The position numbers were made by a program, and so were the translations under genes. From an uncultured Desulfobacterales bacterium (lineage in GTDB: Bacteria > Desulfobacterota > Desulfobacteria > Desulfobacterales > CAJINA01), in contig CAZYGG010000008.1 of NCBI GenBank assembly GCA_964647585.1, positions 2,643-66,642 of the forward strand: 64,000 nt of DNA, in the 5' to 3' direction. Position 1 is the stretch's first letter. Each line of letters begins with the position of its first letter. Under the pieces are notes generated by a model. The model was not told where the DNA came from. It did not search any database and saw only the letters and a program-made list of their open reading frames with translations. Positions 17,971 through 27,591 of this stretch are shown in pieces.

Positions 17971-20112
17971 ATGAAAAATACAAAAGCCAAAATAGTAGTG
18001 CTCCTGTTGATTGCCCTCGCGGTAGCGCTGTTTTTCATTTTCGACCTGCAACGGTTTCTCACCCTGGAATCCATCAAAGCCCACCAGCACGATTTCGAGG
18101 GTTTCTATCAGGACCACAGCACCGTGACAATCGCCGTCTACATGGTGATTTATATCCTTGTGACGGCCATGTCCCTGCCGGGTGCCACAGTCATGAGTCT
18201 GGCCGGCGGCGCTCTTTTCGGCCTGGTAACCGGGACCATCATGGTCTCTTTTGCCAGCACCATCGGCGCCACCCTGGCCTTTTTGCTCTCCCGGTTTCTT
18301 TTTAGAGATTCCATTCAAAAAAAATTTGGTGACAAGCTGGAAAATATCAACCAGGGCATCGCCAAAGACGGCAACTTTTACCTTTTTACACTCCGGCTGG
18401 TCCCGGTCTTCCCCTTTTTCATGATCAATGTGGTCATGGGGCTGACGCCCATCAAAACCCTTTCGTTCTATTGGGTAAGCCAGGTCGGCATGCTGCCGGG
18501 CACCATTGTCTACCTCAACGCGGGCACGCAGCTGGGCAAGCTGGAATCCGCCGCAGGCATTCTCTCGCCGGCCATCATTTTCTCTTTTGCCCTGCTCGGC
18601 ATATTTCCCCTGGTGGCCCGCAAAGCCGTTGACTACCTGAAAGCACGTAAAGTCTACGCCGGCCACGCCCGCCCGAAGCAATATGACTACAACCTGGCCG
18701 TCATCGGGGCTGGTTCGGCCGGCCTGGTGGCCGCCTATATTGCCGCCGCGGTCAAAGCCCGGGTCGCGCTGATTGAAAAGGATAAAATGGGAGGTGACTG
18801 TCTCAATACCGGCTGCGTCCCCAGTAAATCCCTGATCAGGAGTGCCAAAGTCCGCTCGTATGTGAACCGGGCCCGTGAGTTCGGATTCAAAGAGGGCCGG
18901 ATGACCTATGATTTTGCCCGGGTCATGGAGCGGGTCCAGGCCGTCGTCGCAAAAGTAGCGCCCCATGATTCCGTCGAGCGCTATACGCAATTGGGGGTGG
19001 ACTGTATCCAGGGTGCCGCCCGGCTGGTCAGCCCCTGGGAAGTATCGGTCAACGGTAATCGTATCTCGGCCCGCAGCATCGTCATCGCCACCGGCGGCCG
19101 GCCTTTTATTCCCCCCATTCCCGGTCTCGATAAGATCAAGTATTATACCTCGGATACCATCTGGGATATCCGGCAGCGTCCCGGCAAGATGGTGGTTCTC
19201 GGAGGCGGGCCCATCGGGTGTGAACTGGCCCAGGCCTTCAACCGCCTGGACGTCGACACCACCCAGGTACAGCTGCACGACTACCTAATGCCACGCGAGG
19301 ATACGGAAATATCTCAGATGGTCGCCGATAAATTCCGCACCGAAGGCATCCAGGTCCTGACCGGACACCGGGCCACTGAAATCGTTACGGATGAATCCGG
19401 TCAGAGGCTTATCTGTGCAGCCGGTAAAAAAGAAATTGTGATTCCCTTTGACACGCTCCTGGTGGCGGTCGGCCGTACGGCCAACGTGAGCGGCTTCGGC
19501 CTCAAAGAAATGGGGGTTCAGGTCTCCCCGGCAGGCACCATCGCCGCCGATGGTTTTTTACGCACCAATTTCCCAAACATTTTCTGCTCGGGGGATGTAG
19601 CCGGGCCTTACCAGTTTACCCACACGGCCGCCCACCAGTCGTGGTACGCCGCCGTCAATGCCCTTTTTGGAAAGTTCAAGAAGTTCCGGGTGGACTACCG
19701 GGTCATCCCGTGGTCCACCTTTACGGACCCCGAAGTGGCACGGGTCGGGCTCAACGAAAAAGAGGCCCTTGAAAAAAACATCGACTACGAAGTCACCCGG
19801 TACGGGATTGACGATCTCGACCGGGCCATCGCCGATTCAGAGGATCATGGCGTGGTAAAGGTGCTCACCCGGCCCGGCAGTGACAAGATCCTGGGGGTTA
19901 CCATTGTGGGGCCCCACGCAAGTGATATTATCGCGGAGTATGTCCTGGCCATGAAACACGGCCTGGGGTTGAATAAGATCCTGGGGACCATTCATATTTA
20001 TCCGACCCTTGCGGAAGCCAATAAGTACGCCGCGGGCGAATGGAAAAAAGCACACGCACCGGAAAAATTACTCGGGTGGGTGGAAAAGTATCACAACTGG
20101 ATGCGCAATTAG
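17971..20112 (+). CDS. TVP38/DedA membrane domain fused to pyridine nucleotide-disulfide oxidoreductase
   Basis: LRLVPVFPF DedA motif; GAGSAG, GGDCLNTGCVPSK, HIYPTLAE. Confidence 0.9.
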   Translation: MKNTKAKIVVLLLIALAVALFFIFDLQRFLTLESIKAHQHDFEGFYQDHSTVTIAVYMVIYILVTAMSLPGATVMSLAGGALFGLVTGTIMVSFASTIGATLAFLLSRFLFRDSIQKKFGDKLENINQGIAKDGNFYLFTLRLVPVFPFFMINVVMGLTPIKTLSFYWVSQVGMLPGTIVYLNAGTQLGKLESAAGILSPAIIFSFALLGIFPLVARKAVDYLKARKVYAGHARPKQYDYNLAVIGAGSAGLVAAYIAAAVKARVALIEKDKMGGDCLNTGCVPSKSLIRSAKVRSYVNRAREFGFKEGRMTYDFARVMERVQAVVAKVAPHDSVERYTQLGVDCIQGAARLVSPWEVSVNGNRISARSIVIATGGRPFIPPIPGLDKIKYYTSDTIWDIRQRPGKMVVLGGGPIGCELAQAFNRLDVDTTQVQLHDYLMPREDTEISQMVADKFRTEGIQVLTGHRATEIVTDESGQRLICAAGKKEIVIPFDTLLVAVGRTANVSGFGLKEMGVQVSPAGTIAADGFLRTNFPNIFCSGDVAGPYQFTHTAAHQSWYAAVNALFGKFKKFRVDYRVIPWSTFTDPEVARVGLNEKEALEKNIDYEVTRYGIDDLDRAIADSEDHGVVKVLTRPGSDKILGVTIVGPHASDIIAEYVLAMKHGLGLNKILGTIHIYPTLAEANKYAAGEWKKAHAPEKLLGWVEKYHNWMRN

Positions 20113-20280
20113 TGTTTGTTCACAAAAGGCATCTTTTGGCCCAGAGCAGCGTTTTCGCTCTTGTGAGATAATGGCGGAGCCAGTCAAGCTCTTTCGACAT
20201 AGCGTCTGCTATGCCTGCGGTCTCAAAAGCCCTCAAGCCTTGCTCTGAACCAAAAGCTACCCTTTGTGAACGAACACTGA
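20110..20280. mobile_element. MITE-like element, family C variant
   Basis: TIRs TAGTGTTTGTTCACAAA / TTTGTGAACGAACACTG; internal hairpin CGACATAG..CTATGCCTGCGGT. Confidence 0.65.
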
Positions 20281-20291
20281 CTCAATAGAAT

Positions 20292-20408
20292 TATCGAAAT
20301 CACCATCGGGACCGGTATCGCCATCGGGATCGGGATCAGAAGGCGTTCCATGCCAAATGAAAAAACTTCGGTTTTCGATTTCGATACCGATACCGATTTT
20401 GATACCGA
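20292..20408. repeat. Inverted hexamer arrays (ATCGRR / YYCGAT)
   Basis: ATCGAAATCACCATCGGGACCGGTATCG... and ...TTCGATTTCGATACCGATACCGAT. Confidence 0.55.
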
Positions 20409-20435
20409 ATAATGAGGTAAACAAGGGAGAAAAAA

Positions 20436-20768
20436 ATGGACACCTACTACAACCCGGCCGACCTGGCGAAATTTGGGGAAATTGGTAAAGACGCCCCGGA
20501 GCTGGCCAAAAAGTTTTTTGACTACTACGAGTCTGTTTTTACCGAAGGCGACCTTACGGAAAGGGAAAAAGCCCTCATCGGACTGGCCGTGGCGCATGCG
20601 GTCCAGTGCCCCTACTGCATAGACGCCTATACCAACAACTGCCTTGAAAAAGGGTCCAACCTGTCCGAAATGACCGAGGCTGTACACGTCGTCAACGCGA
20701 TCAGGGGCGGCGCCTCCCTGGTGCATGGCGTCCAGATGCGCAACATTGCTGAAAAGCTTTCCATGTAA
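20436..20768 (+). CDS. AhpD/carboxymuconolactone decarboxylase-family peroxidase-like protein (arsS-associated type)
   Basis: REKALIGLAVAHAVQCPYCIDAY, IRGGASLVHGVQM. Confidence 0.9.
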   Translation: MDTYYNPADLAKFGEIGKDAPELAKKFFDYYESVFTEGDLTEREKALIGLAVAHAVQCPYCIDAYTNNCLEKGSNLSEMTEAVHVVNAIRGGASLVHGVQMRNIAEKLSM

Positions 20769-20885
20769 CCAGAATCAGGCTGATAGCCTGTACGTATCTA
20801 GGCTGTAGGCAAACCGGGAAAAATCAGCGGCCGGGAGCCTTCAGCCCGCGGTCTGAGAATCCGGATAGAAGCAGGAGCCGTAACC

Positions 20886-21857
20886 ATGGCGGAAAAGCAG
20901 TCAAATATACCTTTCAGCGCAACGTTGCAAAAGCATGGCATCAAGTTTAAGCGGTTGGAGACCCAGGTGCTCCAGGTGAATGTGGGCCTGCTGTGCAACC
21001 AGTTTTGCAAACATTGCCACCTTGACGCCGGCCCCGGACGTACTGAAGTCATGGACCGTAATACCATGGACGCCGTGGTTGCCTACGCCGGGCGAGCCGA
21101 TTGCAAAGCTATTGATATTACCGGCGGCGCACCGGAACTCGTACCGGGCATTGCCGGCTTTGTGCAGCGTCTGGCGCCTCTGGCACCCCGGATTATCTTC
21201 CGGTCAAACCTCTCTGCCCTGAATGAACAGGTGCAGGCGCCCCTGGTTGAGACCCTGGTCAGCAATAAAGTGGTCATCACCGCGTCCTTTCCCTCTATCA
21301 ACGCGGCCCAGACGGATAACCAGCGCGGCCGGGGTATCTTTGATAAAAGTGTCGCGGCCCTGCAGGAACTCAACCGCCGCGGCTACGGCAAAGCGGACAC
21401 CGGCCTGGAACTCAACCTGGTCTCCAACCCTTCCGGGGCATTCCTGCCCCAGGGCCAGGAGCATGCGCAAAAACGCTTTCGCCAAGTCCTGCATAAAAAA
21501 TACGGTATTGTTTTCAATAGCCTGTTCGCCTTTGCCAATGTGCCTCTGGGACGTTTTCGGGACTGGCTTGAAAAGTCCGGGAACCTGGAAAGCTATATTG
21601 AAAAGCTGGCCGGCAATTTCAACCCCTGTGCCGTGGACGGCCTGATGTGCCGCAGCCAGGTTGCCGTATCGTGGGAAGGACATCTGTATGACTGCGATTT
21701 CAACCTGGCCGCCGGTCTGCCGCTGGGGGGCAAAAAAATACATGTTTCTGAACTGGAGAAAGCGCCCGCCAAAGACAGCGCCATCTCCGTCGCTGACTAT
21801 TGTTATACCTGTACTGCCGGCGCGGGGTTTACCTGAGGTGGGGCCATTGATGCCTGA
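20886..21857 (+). CDS. arsS: ArsS-type radical SAM selenoprotein (Sec at UGA 21834-21836)
   Basis: CNQFCKHC, DITGGAPE, YDCDFN; C-terminus CYTCTAGAGFT-U-GGAIDA parallels family ending C.GCTAG.GSSCGG; hairpin 21851-21866. Confidence 0.85.
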
Positions 21858-21870
21858 GTTCAGGCAAAAG

Positions 21871-22010
21871 AGACTATCTCAACAAAGCTTTTTGCACCAA
21901 TCTCTGCGTTGGGTGCTCAGTTCCAATCCTCGAAATACATGGTGTATTCCTCCGGTTCGAACTGAGCAGCCGCCTTGACCTTGAAGCAAAACTCTCTGTT
22001 GAGATAGCCT
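21871..22010. mobile_element. MITE-like element family C
   Basis: TIRs CTATCTCAACA / TGTTGAGATAG; internal motifs shared in inverted orientation with 62929-63101. Confidence 0.7.
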
Positions 22011-22036
22011 CTTTAACATTATCAAGGAGAACTGAA

Positions 22037-22510
22037 ATGAAAAACGTTCTGACTGTTGGAAAAAAGGCCCCGGCATTCAAGCTGGAAGATAGTGACGGAA
22101 AGGTTACCGCCCTGGCGGATTTCAAAGGCAAATGGATGGTGCTTTATTTCTATCCCAAAGACAACACATCCGGCTGAACCAACGAAGCCAAAGATTTCAC
22201 GGGATTGAAATCAAAATTCAAAAAGGCCAACGCCGTCGTTATAGGCATCAGCCCCGATTCAGTCAAAACGCATACCAATTTCATGAAAAAGCATGATCTC
22301 GACCTTACCCTGCTCAGCGATCCTGAGCATACGGCCCTTACGGCCTATGGTGCCTGGCAGCTTAAAAAGATGTATGGCCGCGAATATATGGGCGTGGTCC
22401 GGTCAACCGTGCTGATCGACCCGGAGGGAACGGTCAGGCACACCTGGTCCAAAGTCAAGGTCAAGGGGCATGCGGATCAGGTATTGGAGAAACTGCGGGA
22501 ACTGAAATGA
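22037..22510 (+). CDS. bcp: BCP/PrxQ peroxiredoxin selenoprotein (Sec47, UGA 22175-22177)
   Basis: AAGGAG RBS; VLYFYPKDNTSG-U-TNEA equals the PxxxTxxC peroxidatic motif; in frame with track ORF 22205-22510; hairpin 22193-22212. Confidence 0.9.
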
Positions 22511-22527
22511 ATCAATATCAAACAGCC

Positions 22528-22618
22528 TGTCACTCTGAGCGTAGCGAAGAGTCCCCCACATGCGAAGGTTGTGCTCAATTGTAAGGGATTCTTCGAAGCT
22601 ACGCTCCTCAGAATGACA
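22528..22618 (+). repeat. 91-bp palindromic repeat family B, copy 2
   Basis: TGTCACTCTGAGCGTAGCGAAGAGTCCC...CTCAGAATGACA. Confidence 0.85.
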
Positions 22619-22671
22619 AAAAGTTGGCGAGATGGATATATCTTTAACGGTACCTTATTCTGGTAGACGTT

Positions 22672-23133
22672 TTAGTCGCCCATCTCGGCCATGTGATCAT
22701 CGTAAATCGTTTCAAGAATGTTCTTATGCTTGGCCTCTTCCTGGGCCAGGAACTTGCAAGCCTTGATAAACTGCTCGTCTTCGACCTTGCCGGCAATGTC
22801 GTTGTAGAACTGCAGGGCCTGCTCTTCTCTTTTCATCGCCAGCCTCAAGATATCGACATAGGCCATCCCCGGTTCATAGGTCAGTTCGGTCATATAATTG
22901 CTTCTTTTGATATCCGGAATCCACTTATAATCATAGGCTTCCAGTTTTTCGACATTGCTGCCCAGATCGGCGAACAACGCTTCGTGCTTGCGCTCTTCCA
23001 GGGCGAAATCGGCAAAAGTCTTTTTGGCTACCGAAAATTTCTCTTTCTTGCTCAGCGTTTCATAAAATTCAGCCGCCTCTCTCTCTTTCTCCACAGCATA
23101 GGCAATAATGTCTTCAATCGTTTTGAAATCCAT
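22672..23133 (-). CDS. Ferritin-like (rubrerythrin family) diiron protein
   Basis: Two E..EExxH units (EERKH, EEAKH). Confidence 0.85.
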   Translation of the reverse strand: MDFKTIEDIIAYAVEKEREAAEFYETLSKKEKFSVAKKTFADFALEERKHEALFADLGSNVEKLEAYDYKWIPDIKRSNYMTELTYEPGMAYVDILRLAMKREEQALQFYNDIAGKVEDEQFIKACKFLAQEEAKHKNILETIYDDHMAEMGD

Positions 23134-23441
23134 TTTAGATCTCCCATTCTTTCAACGGTTAGTAAGCTTGGAATTCGTTTTAAACCTCACCCCAGTCTCC
23201 ATCTCCGGGCGGCCCGTCCGGAAAGGTCTGAAACCACTTCCGGCATTGCAGATTACACTCAAAAAAGGTGCCCGTCAACTGCCCGGATGGTGCCGGTATC
23301 TTCTGGCAATAATCTGCTAACAAATTACGCCCAAAAAAGCAAACAGGCACAAATCTTGTATATTAACTGTAAAGTAAATTCAATCGATAACAGCATGCCC
23401 GCGGGCGTTGCAACAGCGGAGCGGGCATCGGGGAGGCAACC

Positions 23442-23594
23442 ATGCTGACTACTTTTCTGACCGTCGTGACAATTTTACTGTCCCTCTTGCTTTTCGCATT
23501 TCGGTCCGCTTTCAGCCGGCCTGCCCGCCGGGAAACCGTTTATGTCTGCGACACCTGCAACTCGCGCGATTGCGTGTGCCGCGAGAAACTTTGA
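23442..23594 (+). CDS. 50-aa membrane-anchored Cys-rich microprotein
   Basis: Not in track; GGGAGG RBS; [50 protein letters not shown]. Confidence 0.6.
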   Translation: MLTTFLTVVTILLSLLLFAFRSAFSRPARRETVYVCDTCNSRDCVCREKL

Positions 23595-23620
23595 TCTGCA
23601 GACCCCATAAGGAGAAGACC

Positions 23621-23824
23621 ATGAGTATAGATCGCATAGTCCTGGGCGTCGCGGGCGCCATGATCCTGTTTTCACTCTTGCTGTCCTTCATTCACAGCCC
23701 CTACTGGCTGTGGTTCACGGCTTTCGTAGGCGCCAATCTGCTGCAATCTTCATTTACCGGCTTTTGCCCACTGGCGATCATCCTGAAAACATTCGGGGTA
23801 AAACCGGGTAACGCTTTTGAGTAG
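23621..23824 (+). CDS. DUF2892/YgaP-family membrane protein
   Basis: AGGAG RBS; [18 protein letters not shown] motif. Confidence 0.85.
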   Translation: MSIDRIVLGVAGAMILFSLLLSFIHSPYWLWFTAFVGANLLQSSFTGFCPLAIILKTFGVKPGNAFE

Positions 23825-23865
23825 GGTCGCATTTAAAAACCAGGCCCCCGGTAAATTCCATATAA

Positions 23866-23901
23866 AAGACCGGGCGCGGCAACGCTGTCGTGCCCGGTCT
23901 T
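23866..23901. terminator. Bidirectional terminator
   Basis: AAGACCGGGCGCGGCA / TGTCGTGCCCGGTCTT hairpin between convergent genes. Confidence 0.6.
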
Positions 23902-23957
23902 GGTGTATGTACTAACACGGGTACCTGCCACAGTAACAGATTGCATTTGTATCAGAT

Positions 23958-24311
23958 CTAATTCCAGTTAAGCTCTTTCTGCAGCCAGGCTTTCACGTCC
24001 CCTTCGGGTGCAAACACCCCCTTGAGGTTGCCGTATTCACCCTTGAAAACCTTCTCGATCCTGGCCGGCATCCGGATGGTAGCCATCTCTTCCGCCTCTT
24101 CCGAGTTCCGCCGCATGAGATAGATGACCGGCTCCTTCCAGGTATTGACAACGAAATAGTACGATTCATCGTCCTTGGATTTTATCAGGTTGCTGCCCAG
24201 GGCCGGATTATTGCCCCATTCCAAGTACATCGTCACCGCATCCTCCGGAGTCATATCCCAGCTGATGGCATTGACCAGGTCCATATTGTTTCTTATATCA
24301 TCAAGTGTCAT
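23958..24311 (-). CDS. DVU0772-family protein
   Basis: WDMTPEDAVTMYLEWGNN and SYYFVVNTW motifs; GAGGTG RBS before ATG 24311. Confidence 0.75.
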   Translation of the reverse strand: MTLDDIRNNMDLVNAISWDMTPEDAVTMYLEWGNNPALGSNLIKSKDDESYYFVVNTWKEPVIYLMRRNSEEAEEMATIRMPARIEKVFKGEYGNLKGVFAPEGDVKAWLQKELNWN

Positions 24312-24377
24312 CGTATCACCTCGCAAATAAGGGATAAAGTTTTTCATAATCTAAGCCCGCTGTGCTATTTGTCAAAA

Positions 24378-24393
24378 AGCAACAAGCATGCCA
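24378..24393 (-). promoter_or_regulatory. Sigma54-type promoter
   Basis: TGGCAT-GCTTG-TTGCT on the minus strand. Confidence 0.7.
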
Positions 24394-24487
24394 CCGGTGA
24401 ACCTGCCCCCCCTGGCGGTCCACCGGCGATAAAACCGCAACAATAGACGCATATCCGCCTGAAAACGTTCCAACAAGAGTTTCGGGA

Positions 24488-24511
24488 TGTCTCGCGAGAC
24501 ATAACTGTATC
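24488..24511. promoter_or_regulatory. Putative shared enhancer (UAS)
   Basis: TGTCTC-GC-GAGACA-TAAC-TGTATC about 100 bp from each divergent promoter. Confidence 0.6.
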
Positions 24512-24617
24512 ACCCCCTAAAGGGCCTTTTGAGCCGCAATTTCGTCAATGTAAAGGCAAACCGCCCCGACCCTGCGTCGGGCGCGCCCTCCGACAGGCTG
24601 TATTCAGTGCGGCAAGT

Positions 24618-24633
24618 TGGCATGAATCTTGGA
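24618..24633 (+). promoter_or_regulatory. Possible sigma54-type promoter (weak -12)
   Basis: TGGCAT-GAATC-TTGGA. Confidence 0.4.
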
Positions 24634-24737
24634 AACTATTTAAAAAAACATAAAAAATTGCTACGGTATGGATCGTTGTCCCGGATTAATTATGTGCCGG
24701 TCGGGTCCGGCCCGGCCGCGATAGTCCAACAGGCTCC

Positions 24738-25529
24738 ATGAATCCGTCTAAAAAAATAGCAGCGCTCATTTCTGATGGTTTGAAAATCATCCTCTTTGTG
24801 GCAGCCGTGGTGTGGCTGTTCACCTTCGGAACCCGCAACCTCGATTACAACTGGCAGTGGTACCGGGTTGCGGAATATCTGTTTACCTTCGACCTGGGCC
24901 GGCTTGAAGCAGGCCCCTTAATCTCCGGTCTTCTGATTACCCTGAAAATCTCCGCCGTCAGCCTGGTCCTCTCAACGCTGATCGGACTGGCGGCCGCCCT
25001 GATGCGGATGTCTGCCTCACCCACAGCCCGGCTCCTCTCCCGCTGCTACCTGGAAGTCATCCGGAACACACCTCTGCTTGTCCAGTTGTTTTTTATCTAC
25101 TTCGTCCTGGCGCCGATCCTGGGCTTTGAACGTTTTTCGGCCGCGGTCCTGGCCCTCAGCCTATTTGAAGGCGCCTACGCCTCAGAAATCTTCAGGGCCG
25201 GCATCGTCGCCGTTGCCAGCACACAATGGGAAGGGGCCTTCAGCCTGGGGCTCAGTCGCTGGCAGGTATACCGGCTCGTCATCCTGCCCCAGGCCATCCG
25301 GAAGATGCTGCCGCCGTTGACCGGTCAGGCCGTGTCCCTGGTAAAAGATTCCGCCCTGGTCAGCACCATTGCCATTTACGACCTGACCATGCGGGGCCAG
25401 GAGATTATCGCCGAGACATACCTGGTCTTTGAAATCTGGTTTACCATTGCGGTTGTGTACCTTATCCTTACAATCAGCCTCTCTACGTTTGCGGCTGCTA
25501 TGGAAAAATATTTCACCATAAAAACATGA
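24738..25529 (+). CDS. Polar amino acid ABC transporter permease
   Basis: RNTPLLVQ, AYASEIFRAGI, ILPQAIR, LVKDSAL. Confidence 0.92.
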   Translation: MNPSKKIAALISDGLKIILFVAAVVWLFTFGTRNLDYNWQWYRVAEYLFTFDLGRLEAGPLISGLLITLKISAVSLVLSTLIGLAAALMRMSASPTARLLSRCYLEVIRNTPLLVQLFFIYFVLAPILGFERFSAAVLALSLFEGAYASEIFRAGIVAVASTQWEGAFSLGLSRWQVYRLVILPQAIRKMLPPLTGQAVSLVKDSALVSTIAIYDLTMRGQEIIAETYLVFEIWFTIAVVYLILTISLSTFAAAMEKYFTIKT

Positions 25530-25558
25530 TGCATTGCTAATCGAATAAGGAGATCCCC

Positions 25559-26374
25559 ATGACACTTCGAAAAATCGTTATTCTGGTAATGATTCTGGCT
25601 GTCCCGGTCCTGTTCGCACCGCCCCTGGTTGCGGGTGATGCACCCACCAGCACCGTGGAAAAGGTCTTGCAGAAAGGGGTGCTGAAAGTCGGCATGTCCA
25701 CGTTTGTCCCCTGGGCCATGAAAGATAAAACCGGAAAGCTTATCGGTTTCGAAATAGATGTTGCCCGTCGGCTGGCCGAGGATATGGGCGTGGATATCAA
25801 ATTCGTACCCACAAAATGGTCCGGCATCATTCCCGCCCTGATGACCGGGAAATTCGATGTCATCATCGGCGGAATGGGCATTTTACCCAAAAGAAATCTC
25901 AAGGTAAATTTTACCATCCCCTATGATAACACCGGCATGTCCATGGTCGCGCACAGTCAAAAAGCGGCGGGACTGAATAAACTTGCGGATTTCAACAAGC
26001 CGGACATCATCATTGCGGCGCGGCTGGGGTCCACGGCGGTCACCGCCACCAAGAAATACCTGCCCAAAGCCAAACTCAGACTTTTTGATGATGAATCCCA
26101 GGCCTACCAGGAACTGGCCAACGGCCGGGTTCACGCGGTTGTAGGCAGCGCTCCGACTCCGGCCTTCCAGGCCCTAAAGTATCCTGATCGGCTGTATCTC
26201 CCGCTCAAAGCGCCCTTCACCCGCGAACCGATCGGGTTTGCGGTAAAGAAAGGGGATCACGACACCCTGAATTTTTTCAACAACTGGATCCGGGTGGTCA
26301 CTGCCGAAGGCTGGATCGCTGAACGCAAACAGTACTGGTTTCGGACCAAGGACTGGGAAAAGCTGATTAAGTAG
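25559..26374 (+). CDS. Polar amino acid ABC transporter substrate-binding protein (family 3)
   Basis: Signal peptide; GFEIDVA, WSGIIPALMTGKFD. Confidence 0.92.
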   Translation: MTLRKIVILVMILAVPVLFAPPLVAGDAPTSTVEKVLQKGVLKVGMSTFVPWAMKDKTGKLIGFEIDVARRLAEDMGVDIKFVPTKWSGIIPALMTGKFDVIIGGMGILPKRNLKVNFTIPYDNTGMSMVAHSQKAAGLNKLADFNKPDIIIAARLGSTAVTATKKYLPKAKLRLFDDESQAYQELANGRVHAVVGSAPTPAFQALKYPDRLYLPLKAPFTREPIGFAVKKGDHDTLNFFNNWIRVVTAEGWIAERKQYWFRTKDWEKLIK

Positions 26375-26514
26375 GGAATCCCATCGCAGCTAACCAGTTC
26401 CTGAGAGGCTCTCAAAAGCACGGTGACCGGAACTCACAGGTACAAAAAAATGGGATTCAGGGGTTTAGGCTGAAGGCTTTTAGACTGAAGCAATTTCCAA
26501 AAATATGTTCCGAA

Positions 26515-27441
26515 ATGAAAAAGATGGCTCCCACCAGTTCATACGCAAAAGGCAGACAAACCGGGTGGCCGGATATCATCCTGCTGCTGCTGGTTGCCAC
26601 CGGTGTTGTCTGGATCTTTGTGAAAGTAAAGGTCAACCTTCAGTACAACTGGAATTGGGGTATCATCCCCCAATACCTCTTGCTGCGGGACCCGCAATCG
26701 GGCGCCCTGATTCCGGGGCTGATCATGCAGGGCATGCTGGTAACGATCCGGGTGAGCCTGTGGGCCTCCGTCCTGGCACTGTTTATCGGGACGATCATGG
26801 GCCTTTTCAGGGTGAGCGCCAGCCGCTTCCGGCGATTTCTGGGCTGGGCCTATGTCGAGTTGATCCGCAACATGCCCATCCTGGTGTGGGTCTTCATTGT
26901 CTATTACTTTCTAAGCGACCAGATGTTCCAGTTGCTGGACCTTGAGGCCCGCATACAGCAAAGCACCCCAAAGACCCTGGCGATGACCTCCGTCCTTTTC
27001 GGCGACCCGGAACGGCTGCCGTCATTTCTGGCCGGGGTGGTGGCCCTGGCCCTGTATGAAGGCGCCTACATCACCGAAATCGTACGCGCCGGAATCCAGT
27101 CCGTGGACAAAGGCCAGTGGGAAGCCGCCTTTTCCGTGGGCCTCTCCCCTTTCAAGCGTATGCGCCTGGTCATTATGCCCCAGGCTGTCACCCGGATATT
27201 GCCGCCGCTGGCCGGCCAATTCATTTCAACCATCAAGGATTCATCCATTATCTCGATTATCTCCATCCAGGAACTCACCTTCCAGGGTATGGAACTGATG
27301 TCCGCCGCCCTGATTACCTTTGAGGTGTGGATTACCGTGATGCTGTTATATCTTATCCTGTGCCTGGGCTGCTCCCTGGTTGTCTCCTATCTTGAAGAAC
27401 GTTTGGGTAGAAAATTCATTCAATCACCTGCTACGCTTTAG
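26515..27441 (+). CDS. Polar amino acid ABC transporter permease
   Basis: AYITEIVRAGI, GQWEAA, MPQA, IKDSS. Confidence 0.92.
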   Translation: MKKMAPTSSYAKGRQTGWPDIILLLLVATGVVWIFVKVKVNLQYNWNWGIIPQYLLLRDPQSGALIPGLIMQGMLVTIRVSLWASVLALFIGTIMGLFRVSASRFRRFLGWAYVELIRNMPILVWVFIVYYFLSDQMFQLLDLEARIQQSTPKTLAMTSVLFGDPERLPSFLAGVVALALYEGAYITEIVRAGIQSVDKGQWEAAFSVGLSPFKRMRLVIMPQAVTRILPPLAGQFISTIKDSSIISIISIQELTFQGMELMSAALITFEVWITVMLLYLILCLGCSLVVSYLEERLGRKFIQSPATL

Positions 27442-27468
27442 GTTTATATATTTGGATTAAAACGAAAG

Positions 27469-27519
27469 ACGCCGGATACCGCTTTGAATTCAAAGCAGGG
27501 TATCCGGCGTTGGTTTTTT
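27469..27519. terminator. Intrinsic terminator
   Basis: ACGCCGGATACC...GGTATCCGGCGT followed by a T-rich tract. Confidence 0.65.
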
Positions 27520-27591
27520 GGTGGAACACTAAGTTTAAAGCTTAACTTTCGAGTTTCATGTAGAAAGCAAGCCCGAAAGTTCGGTTAAAAC

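Noticed and set aside
17971-20112. Mercuric reductase MerA
   Set aside because: No C-terminal Cys pair or metal-binding domain, and no mer genes nearby
20806-20880. c-di-GMP-I riboswitch-like GGCAAACC...GGTCTGAG upstream of arsS
   Set aside because: Lacks the GCAAAGC junction and proper pairing; an Rfam scan would settle it
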